A stretch of DNA of 41,153 nt from a virus: the IMG/VR virus record IMGVR_UViG_3300045988_161654; one strand, 5' to 3'. The translations under genes were made by a program, and so were the position numbers. Below are positions 1 to 10,093 of the stretch, one piece after another (the first letter of the stretch is position 1; every line of letters starts with the position of its first letter). Under the pieces are notes generated by a model. That model was not told the origin of the DNA. It ran no database searches and saw nothing but the letters and a program-made list of their open reading frames with translations.

Positions 1-119
1 GCCTTTACAATATTTATATAAGTTTCTACAATTCCTTTTAATGCATTCCAAATTGTCTCAAAGAAGCCTTTTATTGCTTCCCATATACCTGTAAAGAATG
101 TTTTTATTCCTTCCCAAGC
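1..119. repeat. Terminal redundancy, left copy (identical to 41035..41153)
   Basis: Direct base-by-base comparison of both window ends shows a 119-nt exact match. It lies inside the tape measure reading frame. Confidence 0.95.
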
Positions 120-2279
120 TTTACTCCAATCTCCTGTAAAAACACCAACAATAAAATCAATTAATCCTTTGAAAGTATCAATAATTCCTCCAATTGTATC
201 TGCTATTGAACCAAATACATTTTTTATAGTATTCCAAATGCTTTCAAAAATAGGAACTAATACTGGAATGATGTTAGCAATAATCCAATCAATTAGTGGT
301 TTTAACCACATTTCCCATAAAGTTTGAATTGCTGTAACAATAGAACCGACAAATTCGCCTATTTTATCTACCAATGGTCTTAAGTGTTCTTCCCATAGGC
401 TTCCAAGGCCATCTGCTATATTGTTCATAAATGGCACAACATATTCATTGTAAACATCTAAGAATTTGCTAAATGTATCACTAAGTCCAGTTTTTAGGCT
501 TTCCATAAAAGGACTAATATAATTGTCATATACTTCGTTCCATTTATCCCCCACATAAGTCATTGCATCTGCAAGAGTTCCTGTTACCGTTTGTATTGGA
601 GTTAATACATTATTAAAAGTTTCCTTTAATTTATCAACATTATCTATAATTGGTTGGAATAATATTCCCTTTATATCTTTGGCAAATTTTGCACATAATT
701 CGTTTGCACTCATTATTGGATTTGCAAACATTGCAATAATATTTGCACCTATCTGCTTTGCTTTATCACTTTTAAATACATCTGATAATTCCCCTAATGC
801 TTGTGCAAAATTTCCTGATAGAGCCATATCTTCACTTGAAATATCGAACATATTGCATATATGTGTTTTTATTCTGTCTACATATTGCTCTAAGTATATG
901 TCTATACTCCCTACAAAAAACTCTGCAATATTAGTTCCTATTCTCGCTACTGCACCTGTCATTTGCCCTAGTGAATATAGACAAGTATCAACCCATTGTT
1001 GTGCCGAATATAAAACATCTGGGTCAGTCCATATATCGACAATAGCATTTTTTATATTTAATAAATGATCTAGTATTCCATCAAAATTCGTGTCACCAAA
1101 TCCTGCATCAAATCCTTCTTTGAATATACTTGCTAATTCTTTTACTTTTTCTATTAATCCTGTGAATACAGATGTATCTTCCTGGACTGTACTTGAAACA
1201 TCTAATGATTCTTTTATTCCACCTGAAGAACCACCAGAGCCACTACCACTTCCTGAACTACTATCACTATTATCATCCAGCTTATTTATTTCGTCCCAGC
1301 CAGCCAATGATTTTTTTATTTTTTTAGCTGACTTTGAAGCACTATCTCCTACACTTCCTACAGCATCCGATGCTTTATCTGCATTTGTCGCCATATCTCC
1401 AATGCCATTTGAAACTGTTTCAACACTATCTGCTTTTAATCCAAACAAAGATAATAACCCAGCTAACGATGTAAACAACTTTGTTATAGCATTTGTTGCT
1501 GCAGTTATCATTGGAACGAATAATTTAGCAAGTGGCTGTATTACATTTCCAATAGCTGTTTTCATATTTGTAAAAGCAGTATTTAATTGTGCTATTTTTC
1601 CAGAATAAGTATTTGCATAAATTGCTGCATCATTACTTTGAAATTTTGTTTCCTCTAAGATACCATTTACTTCTGCTTGTATTTTTTGTTCTTGTGTCAA
1701 TTTATCTCTTGTAGTTCCAATAGATTTTGCATAGTCTTCCCACATTTTTGCAACATTTTTGGTTACACCAGCATTATCTACAACAACGGAATTTTCATTT
1801 TTCAAACCTTCTGTTGCTGTTTGAACTGCATCACCAAGTGAATATGTACTTTGCCTTGCAAATGTAGCACTATTTTTTAATGCATTCATTGTCTTTTTTA
1901 TTTGGTCTGAACTATATCCTCTTAATGCCAAGTTTTTATATGCAGCAACAGCATTATTTAATGGTACTAAACCATCTGAAACATAATCGTTTATAAAAGA
2001 TTTAGCTTGTTGAAAACTTTTTCCTTGTCCTGTTAATATAGAATTTAATCCTATCCAGGCATTTGCTGTTTCACTTGCTACACTTACACACTCTTTACCA
2101 AATTTGGCTATTGCTGTAACAGAAAAAGCTGCAATTGCAGCCTTTCCTATCTTTGCTAATGATGATGAGATTTTAGAAGAAGCGGTATTTGCCTGTCCAT
2201 CAATGTTCTTTAGTTGTGATTTGAATTTATCACTATTAAGTATTAAACTTAAATCAATTTCCCCTACATTTGTGCTCAT
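1..2279 (-). CDS. Tail tape measure protein, N-terminal about 760 codons (gene continues at 40200..41153 through the circle junction)
   Basis: My own minus-strand translation is uninterrupted from ATG at 2279 (MSTNVGEIDLSL..., GGTGAG-type RBS upstream) to position 1. Joined with 40200..41034 the length is 3114 nt, divisible by 3. Sequence is Gly/Ser-rich and helical-repeat rich. Position is after the tail chaperones. Confidence 0.85.
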   Translation of the reverse strand, partial: MSTNVGEIDLSLILNSDKFKSQLKNIDGQANTASSKISSSLAKIGKAAIAAFSVTAIAKFGKECVSVASETANAWIGLNSILTGQGKSFQQAKSFINDYVSDGLVPLNNAVAAYKNLALRGYSSDQIKKTMNALKNSATFARQSTYSLGDAVQTATEGLKNENSVVVDNAGVTKNVAKMWEDYAKSIGTTRDKLTQEQKIQAEVNGILEETKFQSNDAAIYANTYSGKIAQLNTAFTNMKTAIGNVIQPLAKLFVPMITAATNAITKLFTSLAGLLSLFGLKADSVETVSNGIGDMATNADKASDAVGSVGDSASKSAKKIKKSLAGWDEINKLDDNSDSSSGSGSGSGGSSGGIKESLDVSSTVQEDTSVFTGLIEKVKELASIFKEGFDAGFGDTNFDGILDHLLNIKNAIVDIWTDPDVLYSAQQWVDTCLYSLGQMTGAVARIGTNIAEFFVGSIDIYLEQYVDRIKTHICNMFDISSEDMALSGNFAQALGELSDVFKSDKAKQIGANIIAMFANPIMSANELCAKFAKDIKGILFQPIIDNVDKLKETFNNVLTPIQTVTGTLADAMTYVGDKWNEVYDNYISPFMESLKTGLSDTFSKFLDVYNEYVVPFMNNIADGLGSLWEEHLRPLVDKIGEFVGSIVTAIQTLWEMWLKPLIDWIIANIIPVLVPIFESIWNTIKNVFGSIADTIGGIIDTFKGLIDFIVGVFTGDWSKAWEGIKTFFTGIWEAIKGFFETIWNALKGIVETYINIVK

Positions 2280-2289
2280 TCATCTCACC

Positions 2290-2673
2290 TCACTTATCAG
2301 CCATGGATTTAAACATATTCTTTATGTTTTCCATTGCTGTATTATAATTTTCCTCACTTATTTGAGATGCAGATTTTCTTAGCCATTCATTTCTAATTCG
2401 ATTTTCTTCAGGAGTAAATCTTTTTAATGCTTCTGGGTCAGTTTCTTTTCTTATTCTTACTATATTCCCTAATGGTGTTTCGCCATTCAATCCTGCAATA
2501 TCACTAATTAATTCTCCCCAATCTAAATCACTTATTTCTTTTCTTATACTATATCCATATTGTGTCTTTAAGCTTGATGCTATTAAATCCCAATCTTCAA
2601 ATAAATCATATCCTGGATCATACGTTGATGTATTATTGAAATCGTTTCTCCATTTCCTCGAAATCCACTTCAT
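2290..2673 (-). CDS. Tail assembly chaperone, downstream (gpT-like) ORF
   Basis: Overlaps the upstream chaperone ORF by 41 nt. No SD sequence precedes its ATG. It sits directly upstream of the tape measure gene. Confidence 0.55.
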   Translation of the reverse strand: MKWISRKWRNDFNNTSTYDPGYDLFEDWDLIASSLKTQYGYSIRKEISDLDWGELISDIAGLNGETPLGNIVRIRKETDPEALKRFTPEENRIRNEWLRKSASQISEENYNTAMENIKNMFKSMADK

Positions 2674-2938
2674 TTACTATTGCTGATAAAGCAATAATTA
2701 CTGTTCTTAGTCCAGGTATTGTAAGTTTCATATCTTTTATTGTTTGTAATGCTTCTTTTCCTAAAAGCATCTCAATCATTTCATACATAACTTCAATAGA
2801 AAATTCTTTGTTTTTTAATTTTTCTTGTACTAACAAATAATTATCAGCACTTGTATCTACTTCATAAACCTTTCCTTCAGCTATTTTTATTGTTTGTTTT
2901 TCTTTTCCTAATTTTGTACTAATATCTACTACTGCCAT
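2633..2938 (-). CDS. Tail assembly chaperone (gpG-like)
   Basis: Small acidic ORF between the major tail and tape measure genes. Start moved to ATG 2938 (MAVVDIST...), which has a GGAGGA RBS 7 nt upstream. Confidence 0.6.
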   Translation of the reverse strand: MAVVDISTKLGKEKQTIKIAEGKVYEVDTSADNYLLVQEKLKNKEFSIEVMYEMIEMLLGKEALQTIKDMKLTIPGLRTVIIALSAIVNEVDFEEMEKRFQ

Positions 2939-3009
2939 ATTAAATTCCTCCATTTCATTATTTTAAATAAAAAAAATAAGCCCCAGTATGAACTATACTG
3001 AGGCACTTT

Positions 3010-3459
3010 TTATGCTGCTGGTGTTACAGTTGGTTTTCCGTTTGACATAACCTCAAATTCTAAAGGTGCTACATTTGTACTGTCTCCTGTTCCTGCATTG
3101 CTTACAGATATTAAGCAATCAAATTCTACAGTAGTACCATCTGCAAATTCCCATAAGAATTTAGATTCTACACTTTTTCCTGATGCAAATAGTTTTGAAG
3201 CGACATAATCGTTTCCTGCATCTCCTACATTTCTCTTACCAGAAATACTAATAGAAAAACCTTTTCCTGTTTGCATTCTTCTAATCCAACCTTCTGTTGT
3301 CATAGGAGTCCACTCTTCAACATTATTGTCCATAGATAGTGAAAAAGTTTCGCAATCAGCGATTGTTTTCATATCTTCTTTTGTTGAAGTAGAACCTTTT
3401 ACTCCTATTTTAAACACATTATCATATACTGGATAAACTCCAGTTGTAACTGTTGCCAT
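3010..3459 (-). CDS. Major tail protein
   Basis: 149-aa ORF immediately upstream of the chaperone pair, with beta-rich composition. Call is based on synteny. Confidence 0.6.
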   Translation of the reverse strand: MATVTTGVYPVYDNVFKIGVKGSTSTKEDMKTIADCETFSLSMDNNVEEWTPMTTEGWIRRMQTGKGFSISISGKRNVGDAGNDYVASKLFASGKSVESKFLWEFADGTTVEFDCLISVSNAGTGDSTNVAPLEFEVMSNGKPTVTPAA

Positions 3460-3462
3460 GGC

Positions 3463-3957
3463 TTACTCCTCCTTTTTTTCATAATAAAAAGTCGCTTGTA
3501 TAACCCTTTCATAGATGTTTTTACTATCAGTTCCAACATCTATTGGTTCAGGTACAAGCAACTTAATAAAGTTTATTTTTATATCATTTATTTTGAAATT
3601 TCTTAAGCACAAAAGTTTGTTATACAAATCAAGTGCTTTTAATTCAGTTTCTTTTGCATTAGTATTCCAATGAATTAAAATACTAACTGACTTCTCCATA
3701 GTTTTTGTAGTATTTAGTCCACCAATAGCAATAGTTGGATTGCTACTTCTCTCTAATTGATACACTCCTATGGATTTATCTTTTTTATTATCTAATTTTC
3801 CAATATAAAAGTAATCTGCAATAATACAACTATCTTTTGATAATTGTTTTAGTGTTAAATTATTCAATTCCTTTACAGACATTTTTTGAAGATCAGAAAC
3901 TGATACTACATCAAGTTGTTTTAGCCAATCCTTAATATCAGCTAATCCTAACATCAT
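3463..3957 (-). CDS. Tail terminator / tail-to-head joining protein (position-based)
   Basis: Sits in the head-tail joining cluster. Its start shows ATGA overlap with the preceding stop. Confidence 0.45.
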   Translation of the reverse strand: MMLGLADIKDWLKQLDVVSVSDLQKMSVKELNNLTLKQLSKDSCIIADYFYIGKLDNKKDKSIGVYQLERSSNPTIAIGGLNTTKTMEKSVSILIHWNTNAKETELKALDLYNKLLCLRNFKINDIKINFIKLLVPEPIDVGTDSKNIYERVIQATFYYEKKEE

Positions 3958-4337
3958 AAACCAGCCTCCTTTTTATATAATTTTGAAAATGTTTTACTAC
4001 AAAAATCTTTATTTTTCCCACTTATCCATGGTTCGTACCATTCGCCTCTTGCATTTGCATTTTCGGCTTTACTAAAGTTGTATTCAGGATGATAATACAT
4101 TCTTCTAGTATAAGGTGTAGATGTTATTAAATCCACCTTTCCTTTTTTACTATTTGAATAATCTGGTGCTGTATTATCATTTTGCATATTTCCTGTTTTA
4201 AATGGCATTACTTGTGATTCTACTACTTCTGTATATAAAGCATCAACTGTCTGTTCTAATGCTTTTACTGTTGCATTATCTAATTGAGTTATCTTTGCTC
4301 TATTTATTTTTATTTTTGAAGAGACACATTTACTCAT
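3954..4337 (-). CDS. Head-tail joining protein (HK97 gp10-like, position-based)
   Basis: Start set to ATG 4337 (MSKCVSSK...), 1 nt after the upstream TAA stop. Lies in the head-tail joining cluster. Confidence 0.45.
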   Translation of the reverse strand: MSKCVSSKIKINRAKITQLDNATVKALEQTVDALYTEVVESQVMPFKTGNMQNDNTAPDYSNSKKGKVDLITSTPYTRRMYYHPEYNFSKAENANARGEWYEPWISGKNKDFCSKTFSKLYKKEAGL

Positions 4338-4338
4338 A

Positions 4339-4677
4339 TTACATAATCTCCAATTTAACATAGTTTACAGAACCATCAGGATTCCTTGCTTTAGTACCTT
4401 GATATATTTCTCTAGTTTCGCCAAATATCGTAGCTTTTCCGCCAGATATTACAGCTAAATCAGGAGCAATATCTTTGGAAAATAAAGCTACAGCATTTAT
4501 TTGTATAATTACTTTCTCAGTAGTTAATACTCTTTTTGCTTTATCTTGATAATTACATTTAAAGTCTCCTTCTAATGCAATTATAGGACTGCCCTCTTCT
4601 GATACTCCTTCACTATATAAAACAAGGTGTATGTCAGTTTTGCAATCTTTTTCTCTAACTAAACTAGGATAATTCAT
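4339..4677 (-). CDS. Head closure / head-tail adaptor protein (position-based)
   Basis: 112-aa ORF, tightly packed between the connector and joining genes. Confidence 0.4.
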   Translation of the reverse strand: MNYPSLVREKDCKTDIHLVLYSEGVSEEGSPIIALEGDFKCNYQDKAKRVLTTEKVIIQINAVALFSKDIAPDLAVISGGKATIFGETREIYQGTKARNPDGSVNYVKLEIM

Positions 4678-4678
4678 C

Positions 4679-5062
4679 TTAATACCTCACATTTCTACAA
4701 GTTAATCCTGTTTGAGCCAATAAACAATAATAGTCCTTTGGTATAGCAACCCCATTTTGTATTTGAACATTCCAACTTTTGCCGAAGCTCATTGATACCC
4801 CATTTATTGCATAGCTTGAAAGTGGTGTTTTTAGTATATCTGCATTTTCATATTCAAAATCAGCAAGTTTGCATACTACTTCTCTTATAATGCTTTGTTG
4901 AAATTCAGTTAAATTATCAAACTTTTTTCTAACAATTCGATTATAAGTTAAAGTATCTATATGCATACTTGCTTCTTTTATTTTTTCTTCAAATTTATCT
5001 TCAGGAATTACATCACCTTTATATGTATCTTGATAATATTTTTTATCTACATACATATTCAT
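4679..5062 (-). CDS. Head-tail connector (gp6-like)
   Basis: Follows the capsid gene. The N-terminus (YVDKKYYQDTYKG...) resembles gp6-like connector proteins. Start set to ATG 5062, 9 nt after a GGAG. Confidence 0.5.
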   Translation of the reverse strand: MNMYVDKKYYQDTYKGDVIPEDKFEEKIKEASMHIDTLTYNRIVRKKFDNLTEFQQSIIREVVCKLADFEYENADILKTPLSSYAINGVSMSFGKSWNVQIQNGVAIPKDYYCLLAQTGLTCRNVRY

Positions 5063-5077
5063 ATATATCAACTCCGA

Positions 5078-5980
5078 TTAGCTTTGTTTTTCAATATAGA
5101 ATTGAATAGCATCGTGTTTTTTATTAAAGATGAATACATCTTCAAATGATTCTTCAAAATATGTCCATTTACCTTGTGATAATGAACTTGGAGCACCTAA
5201 TTGTGCAAAGTCATAAGCAATTACTGGTATAACTGCAGATGGATGAACTAATATCATTTTTACATTTTTTGCATCACTAGCAACTTCAAATCCATCATCT
5301 GTAAAGTTATATGCAGATTTCATTGCAGTAGTTGGAACACCAATTACTTCAACTTCTCCTATTCTGTCTAATGATCTAGCAACAGTTGTATCTTGTGCTG
5401 ATAGATTTCTAGCAGCTTCTTTTGCTGTATCTATTAATGTTTTTGTATATGTATCAGCATATAGTAATCTTCCTGCTGCAGGAACTCTTTTTTCATCCAT
5501 TTTGTCCATCATTGCATCAAACTTTGTTAATACATTTGCTAATGTAAGAACATCGCCTTCAGTAATAGTTTCTATTTCATTTTTTAATTTATATAATGCT
5601 GTGATCATTTCAGCATCCATTTCAGGAAATTTTTCCTCTTCATTCATAGTTTTAGTTATATTTTGTATTGTTGCAACATGGTTTGTTTCATCAATATCTC
5701 TTGGATGGATAAGTGTATCCCATGTTCTATGAGTTTTTAGTTTCTTTGGTTCTTCATCATTATTGAAGTTTCTTCCAAAAGTACCTATTGAATCCCTATC
5801 TCCATTTTTTCTACCTTTAACAGATAATGATGGTAGAATTACTGTATCGTTTCTTAAAAATTTAACATCTGGTTTTACTGCACTCCATAATGCACCAAAA
5901 AATAAAGTGTATGGATATGCTTGAGCTAAAGCTTGTGAATATTCTTTAGCATAATTTAATCCTGTTTTTTCAAATGCCAT
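5078..5980 (-). CDS. Major capsid protein
   Basis: 300-aa ORF directly after the scaffold gene, with a strong RBS. Typical size and position. Confidence 0.7.
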   Translation of the reverse strand: MAFEKTGLNYAKEYSQALAQAYPYTLFFGALWSAVKPDVKFLRNDTVILPSLSVKGRKNGDRDSIGTFGRNFNNDEEPKKLKTHRTWDTLIHPRDIDETNHVATIQNITKTMNEEEKFPEMDAEMITALYKLKNEIETITEGDVLTLANVLTKFDAMMDKMDEKRVPAAGRLLYADTYTKTLIDTAKEAARNLSAQDTTVARSLDRIGEVEVIGVPTTAMKSAYNFTDDGFEVASDAKNVKMILVHPSAVIPVIAYDFAQLGAPSSLSQGKWTYFEESFEDVFIFNKKHDAIQFYIEKQS

Positions 5981-5992
5981 AATAATTACCTC

Positions 5993-6607
5993 CTATTTTT
6001 TTCTAGGTCTTACACCAGTAAATCCAAAATCAAATACTCCATTATTTGAATTTGTACCATTATTAGTGTCAGCACCAACTGTTATCCCAACGACTCCTTG
6101 TACTTGTTTTTTTAGTCCTGGAATATCATCAACGACCTTTTGTAGTGCTACTTTTAATGTGTCTTCTTGAATCTTTCCATCTTTACCCATACAATTATTT
6201 AAATCTGCCATTTTCAATAAATATGGCATTGTCTTAATATCAACATTTAAATCATCGACATAGTCATAAGCTTTCTTTTCTATTTCTAGTCTTTGTTTTT
6301 CTAGTTGTATTTTTTGTAAAGATGCTTGAACTTCAGACAATTCCTTGTTTTGAGCATTAGCTTGATTTGCTTTTTCCGTTTTAAATGCACTTATTGCACT
6401 TTCCATTTCTTCAGCACTCAAACCTTGCTTTTGAAAATAACTTTTTAATATGCTATCTTCTGTTTTTACATTTCTTGCATCAATCATTTCTTGAATTTTG
6501 TTATAATCAATAGCATTAGATGCTTGATTTGTATTGTTGTTTTGCCCTGTAGTGTTTTGGGCATTTGGATTAGAATTTACATTGTTATTTGCTTCATTTC
6601 CTTCCAT
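5993..6607 (-). CDS. Capsid scaffolding protein
   Basis: Low-complexity N/Q-rich N-terminus followed by coiled-coil sequence, immediately upstream of the capsid gene. Confidence 0.65.
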   Translation of the reverse strand: MEGNEANNNVNSNPNAQNTTGQNNNTNQASNAIDYNKIQEMIDARNVKTEDSILKSYFQKQGLSAEEMESAISAFKTEKANQANAQNKELSEVQASLQKIQLEKQRLEIEKKAYDYVDDLNVDIKTMPYLLKMADLNNCMGKDGKIQEDTLKVALQKVVDDIPGLKKQVQGVVGITVGADTNNGTNSNNGVFDFGFTGVRPRKK

Positions 6608-6715
6608 TTCACTACCTCCTACTTTTTTAAGTCTTGAATGACTATTAATAAATTACACATGCTTTTATTCTCATCAGTGTTTGGAGCATATAAAAAAGAG
6701 CCTTTCAGCTCTTAA

Positions 6716-7030
6716 TTAATCTGTATATAAACTTCTTTGTAATTCTTCGTATCTTTCTTTTGATACTTTATATTTTCCTTCTCCTGCTTTTACAGGCTTG
6801 TTTCCTTCTATTTTTTCATCTTTGATAAATACATCTTTGGGATTATACACAATATTTGCATCGTATTTATCTCTAAACATTTCTATTACTGTTACAACTT
6901 TCTCTTTTGAAACACCTTCATCTTCAGATGTTTTTTCTTCTACTATTTCTTCTGTAGTTGTTATTTCTTCATTTTTTTCTACTGCTTCATTTACATCCTC
7001 TTCTTTTAATTCTTTTTTGTTTTTAGCCAT
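6716..7030 (-). CDS. Acidic hypothetical protein
   Basis: 104-aa E/K-rich ORF with an RBS. No motif recognised. Confidence 0.4.
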   Translation of the reverse strand: MAKNKKELKEEDVNEAVEKNEEITTTEEIVEEKTSEDEGVSKEKVVTVIEMFRDKYDANIVYNPKDVFIKDEKIEGNKPVKAGEGKYKVSKERYEELQRSLYTD

Positions 7031-7042
7031 TTTATTTACCTC

Positions 7043-7333
7043 CTATAATATTTTTATAAATTTTCCATATTCTTGAGCAACTTGAAATTCTATTCGACAG
7101 CCTCTAGCCTGTTGCCAGCCTAGCATAAATATAACTCCATCTACTTTTCCTATATATCTTATTGACTGAGACAGCATATATATTGCTACATCTTCATCTG
7201 TTGGTGCATTTTCAAATACCGTATCTACCACTTCATGTCCTTCTGCTTCCAACTTCAATATTAGTTCAGCTCTTTCTGCTCTTATTTGTTCATTTGTTTT
7301 CCCTCGCATAGGTTGACTTATCATTAATTTCAT
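7043..7333 (-). CDS. DUF4406 / nucleoside 2-deoxyribosyltransferase-like protein
   Basis: MKLMISQPMRGK...GWQQARGCRIEF pattern recalled from the DUF4406 family. Start set to ATG 7333 after an AAGGAGGG RBS. Confidence 0.45.
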   Translation of the reverse strand: MKLMISQPMRGKTNEQIRAERAELILKLEAEGHEVVDTVFENAPTDEDVAIYMLSQSIRYIGKVDGVIFMLGWQQARGCRIEFQVAQEYGKFIKIL

Positions 7334-7347
7334 ACTTTTCCCTCCTT

Positions 7348-8538
7348 TCACTCATCATAAAATTGTGCTTGACTATTGCTTTTAAATCTTTCTTTGTAAT
7401 TTTGCCAAGCTATTCTTTTATTGTGATATTTTTCAATATTTTCTTTATCTGTACTTCCAAGTTCAAGTCTGGAATATTTATCAATATTTCTTTCTATATA
7501 GTTTAGTTTTTGTTCTTTTATGTAATTTTGTCTTTTAATTTCCAGTTGTTCCTCTGTAGGTGGTGTTGGTCTGGTATTAATACCTGGAAAATAAGTTACT
7601 GTCGTATCCTTACAATTTGGATGAAATAATTTTTCCTTAACTGCTGCACTTAACAAAGGATATCCAGTTTCTTTGCTTTCCGCTTCTATTCCTCCACTCC
7701 ATACATCATCAATAAAAACTTTTCCTTGGAACTTAATGCAATAAGGACATCCTCCTCCACGATTAGGAACTAGAACTGTATGTACTCCCCATTCATTTCT
7801 TTTTGTTCCTTCGCCTTGTAAGTATGCCCTTTTATTGGCTGTTCTTATTGCCATTTCAGCATAAGATGAAATATTTACCATTGCACCATTTGCATATTCA
7901 ATATTATTTATTCCTTTTGCCAGAAAATCCTTTGTAGCCATATCAACTGCTTGTTGAACAGTCCCTGACCCTGTATTTGCATATACCTGTGCTTGGTATA
8001 TTGTTTTTCTATATTGATCATTGGTGTACCTCAATATTGACATTTCTGCTTTTTTAAAATTATCTGTTGTTTCATTTATTAGTGCTTTTAATTTTCTTTC
8101 ATTTATTTTAAAAAAGCTTCCTTCCGTTTGATTCACTAAATCATATATTCTGGTCAATTGTTTCTTTTTTATTCTTTTATTTTTACTGGTCTTGTAAATA
8201 TGCCACATTTTATTTATTTTTTTATTGCTACTACTAAAATTTCCTTGCTTTATTGCTTCTAATATTACATTTTCTTGTTTTAATTTTCCATTTTCATAAC
8301 TTTTCTTTATTAGTTCTTCAATGTCTTCATTTATAGTAGAAAAATCATTTTTAAATAATTCCTTATTATCTTTTTTAAATTTTTCAAGTGATTTTAATTG
8401 TTCTGTTTGCCAAGCACTCCAATTCATATCTTCCATTTTTTCCTCTTCTAAGTGCCTTGTAAGATTTCTTTTCATTGATTCAATTAAGGTGGTTTCTATT
8501 CTTTGAAATGCTTGTTTAATATCATATTCATTATTCAT
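7348..8538 (-). CDS. Head morphogenesis protein (SPP1 gp7 / Mu F-like)
   Basis: 396 aa, directly after the portal gene. C-terminal region carries a GGGCPYC motif typical of F-like minor head proteins. Confidence 0.65.
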   Translation of the reverse strand: MNNEYDIKQAFQRIETTLIESMKRNLTRHLEEEKMEDMNWSAWQTEQLKSLEKFKKDNKELFKNDFSTINEDIEELIKKSYENGKLKQENVILEAIKQGNFSSSNKKINKMWHIYKTSKNKRIKKKQLTRIYDLVNQTEGSFFKINERKLKALINETTDNFKKAEMSILRYTNDQYRKTIYQAQVYANTGSGTVQQAVDMATKDFLAKGINNIEYANGAMVNISSYAEMAIRTANKRAYLQGEGTKRNEWGVHTVLVPNRGGGCPYCIKFQGKVFIDDVWSGGIEAESKETGYPLLSAAVKEKLFHPNCKDTTVTYFPGINTRPTPPTEEQLEIKRQNYIKEQKLNYIERNIDKYSRLELGSTDKENIEKYHNKRIAWQNYKERFKSNSQAQFYDE

Positions 8539-10093
8539 TTACAACTTTCTCCTGGTCTTTTTTATCTTCTTTTTGACCACTTTCTTGATTTTCTACTTTG
8601 GTATCGACATTTGTGTCGGTACCATTATCGTTCATTTCTAAATCATAGTTCACAGCTGGCTCTTCAATATCAATAATTCCCTGTTCTGCCTTTAACCTTG
8701 CAACTTCTAGTGTTTTCCACTCTTCGTCTTTGTCATCTTTGTATAATTCCTCAACACTTGCTTCAATTGACATTATTCCACCTTGTTTTCCTTTAGCAAC
8801 TGTTTCAACTTGTGCCTCAAAAGATGGATTTGCATATTCTCCAAATTTCAATGATACATCAATATCCGCTGGAATAGGCTTTTTATCTATTTGAGCTTTT
8901 GACTTCAAAACCATATTTATAACTTTTGGTATAAAATCAGTTAATGTATCTATGATTAAACCTCTAGTATATAAAGTGGTCTTTTCTTTTTCCCTTTGTG
9001 CTTCAGCATTATCGAGTTTCTTATTATCAATTCCAAGTGTACTTGGACTAACTATTCCTTGTAAACACAAATCTAAAAATGTGATATAAGATTGCAAATA
9101 ATTCTCTGTTGGAATTTCTGCTTGCTCTATGTCGATTTTATCCTGGTTATTTTCATTCATAGCTGCATCTGCTTTTATAAACTTATTGTCGAATGGATTA
9201 CTTTCATAGATGGCCAATGTTCCATCTTCTGGGTCTTTTGGAATCATACTTTCAGGAATATATTTTATTGCTCTGCCTGCTCTAACCGCTTCTACCCATT
9301 GAGAAATTATTTCATCCAAACTATCAAAAGAGTCATATTTTCCATCGAAAATTGACTCTCCTCTACCTTTATATTTTGCTGATTCGTTAAACATCAATGG
9401 CACTGCCCACATAACAGTTTTATCAAAATAAAGATTTTTTAATTTTGACAATCCTTGAACTGTCTTCAAAGGTACTTCTTTATCATCTTTTTTTAATACA
9501 TATTCTATATACCCCATACCATAATGCTCTTCTAATAAATAAGTTGTATTGTTTTCTTCGTGAAATGATTTAAAAACAAGTTCTACTAAACGACCTCTTT
9601 TATATATAAAATCAATTTTTGAACCATCAACCCATTCTAATATTGCTTTATCAGAAATTTCTGGGTCATAATTTATTTTAATTGCACCATCTCCAATATA
9701 TAAAGCCTCACCTAAAAGAGTCTTTATCATTTTAGTATCAAACTTATTTTCTTCATTGACAGCTTTCCAATATTCATCTTCAACATCGTCACCACCATAA
9801 TCAGTCATAACCGTATTTATAATTGTTTTTATCATAAGTTTTGGTAGTCCTGAATGTGATTTTTTCATTCTTATTTCTGCTGTTTGTGAAGCTCCCCAGA
9901 AAGTATCTTCTGCATAAGGAAGTTGTCCATAAAATTCAGATAATTCTCTACTATCGCCTCTATACCATATTTTATTTCTTATGCAATTCGCTTGAAAATC
10001 CATGTTTTCATTAACTACAAATGTTTGACCTTGTGCTGGTCTGATATCTAACCACGATTTAATCATATCTTTCACTCTTTCTCCAAATTTCAT
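8531..10093 (-). CDS. Portal protein
   Basis: 520 aa, immediately downstream of the large terminase, with an acidic C-terminus. Confidence 0.75.
   Translation of the reverse strand: MKFGERVKDMIKSWLDIRPAQGQTFVVNENMDFQANCIRNKIWYRGDSRELSEFYGQLPYAEDTFWGASQTAEIRMKKSHSGLPKLMIKTIINTVMTDYGGDDVEDEYWKAVNEENKFDTKMIKTLLGEALYIGDGAIKINYDPEISDKAILEWVDGSKIDFIYKRGRLVELVFKSFHEENNTTYLLEEHYGMGYIEYVLKKDDKEVPLKTVQGLSKLKNLYFDKTVMWAVPLMFNESAKYKGRGESIFDGKYDSFDSLDEIISQWVEAVRAGRAIKYIPESMIPKDPEDGTLAIYESNPFDNKFIKADAAMNENNQDKIDIEQAEIPTENYLQSYITFLDLCLQGIVSPSTLGIDNKKLDNAEAQREKEKTTLYTRGLIIDTLTDFIPKVINMVLKSKAQIDKKPIPADIDVSLKFGEYANPSFEAQVETVAKGKQGGIMSIEASVEELYKDDKDEEWKTLEVARLKAEQGIIDIEEPAVNYDLEMNDNGTDTNVDTKVENQESGQKEDKKDQEKVVNE

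Noticed and set aside
1-119. Terminal 119-nt repeat, considered as a biological direct terminal repeat or cos region
   Set aside because: It lies in the middle of the tape measure coding frame, and joining through it restores a continuous ORF. That indicates an arbitrary cut of a circular assembly rather than genome termini.
679-2382. Plus-strand ORFs 679..1068, 1090..1608 and 2104..2382 from the ORF track
   Set aside because: They are antisense to a single uninterrupted minus-strand frame (the tape measure gene, ATG 2279 to position 1). They have low-complexity composition and no RBS. Long shadow ORFs are expected opposite a repeat-rich AT-biased gene.
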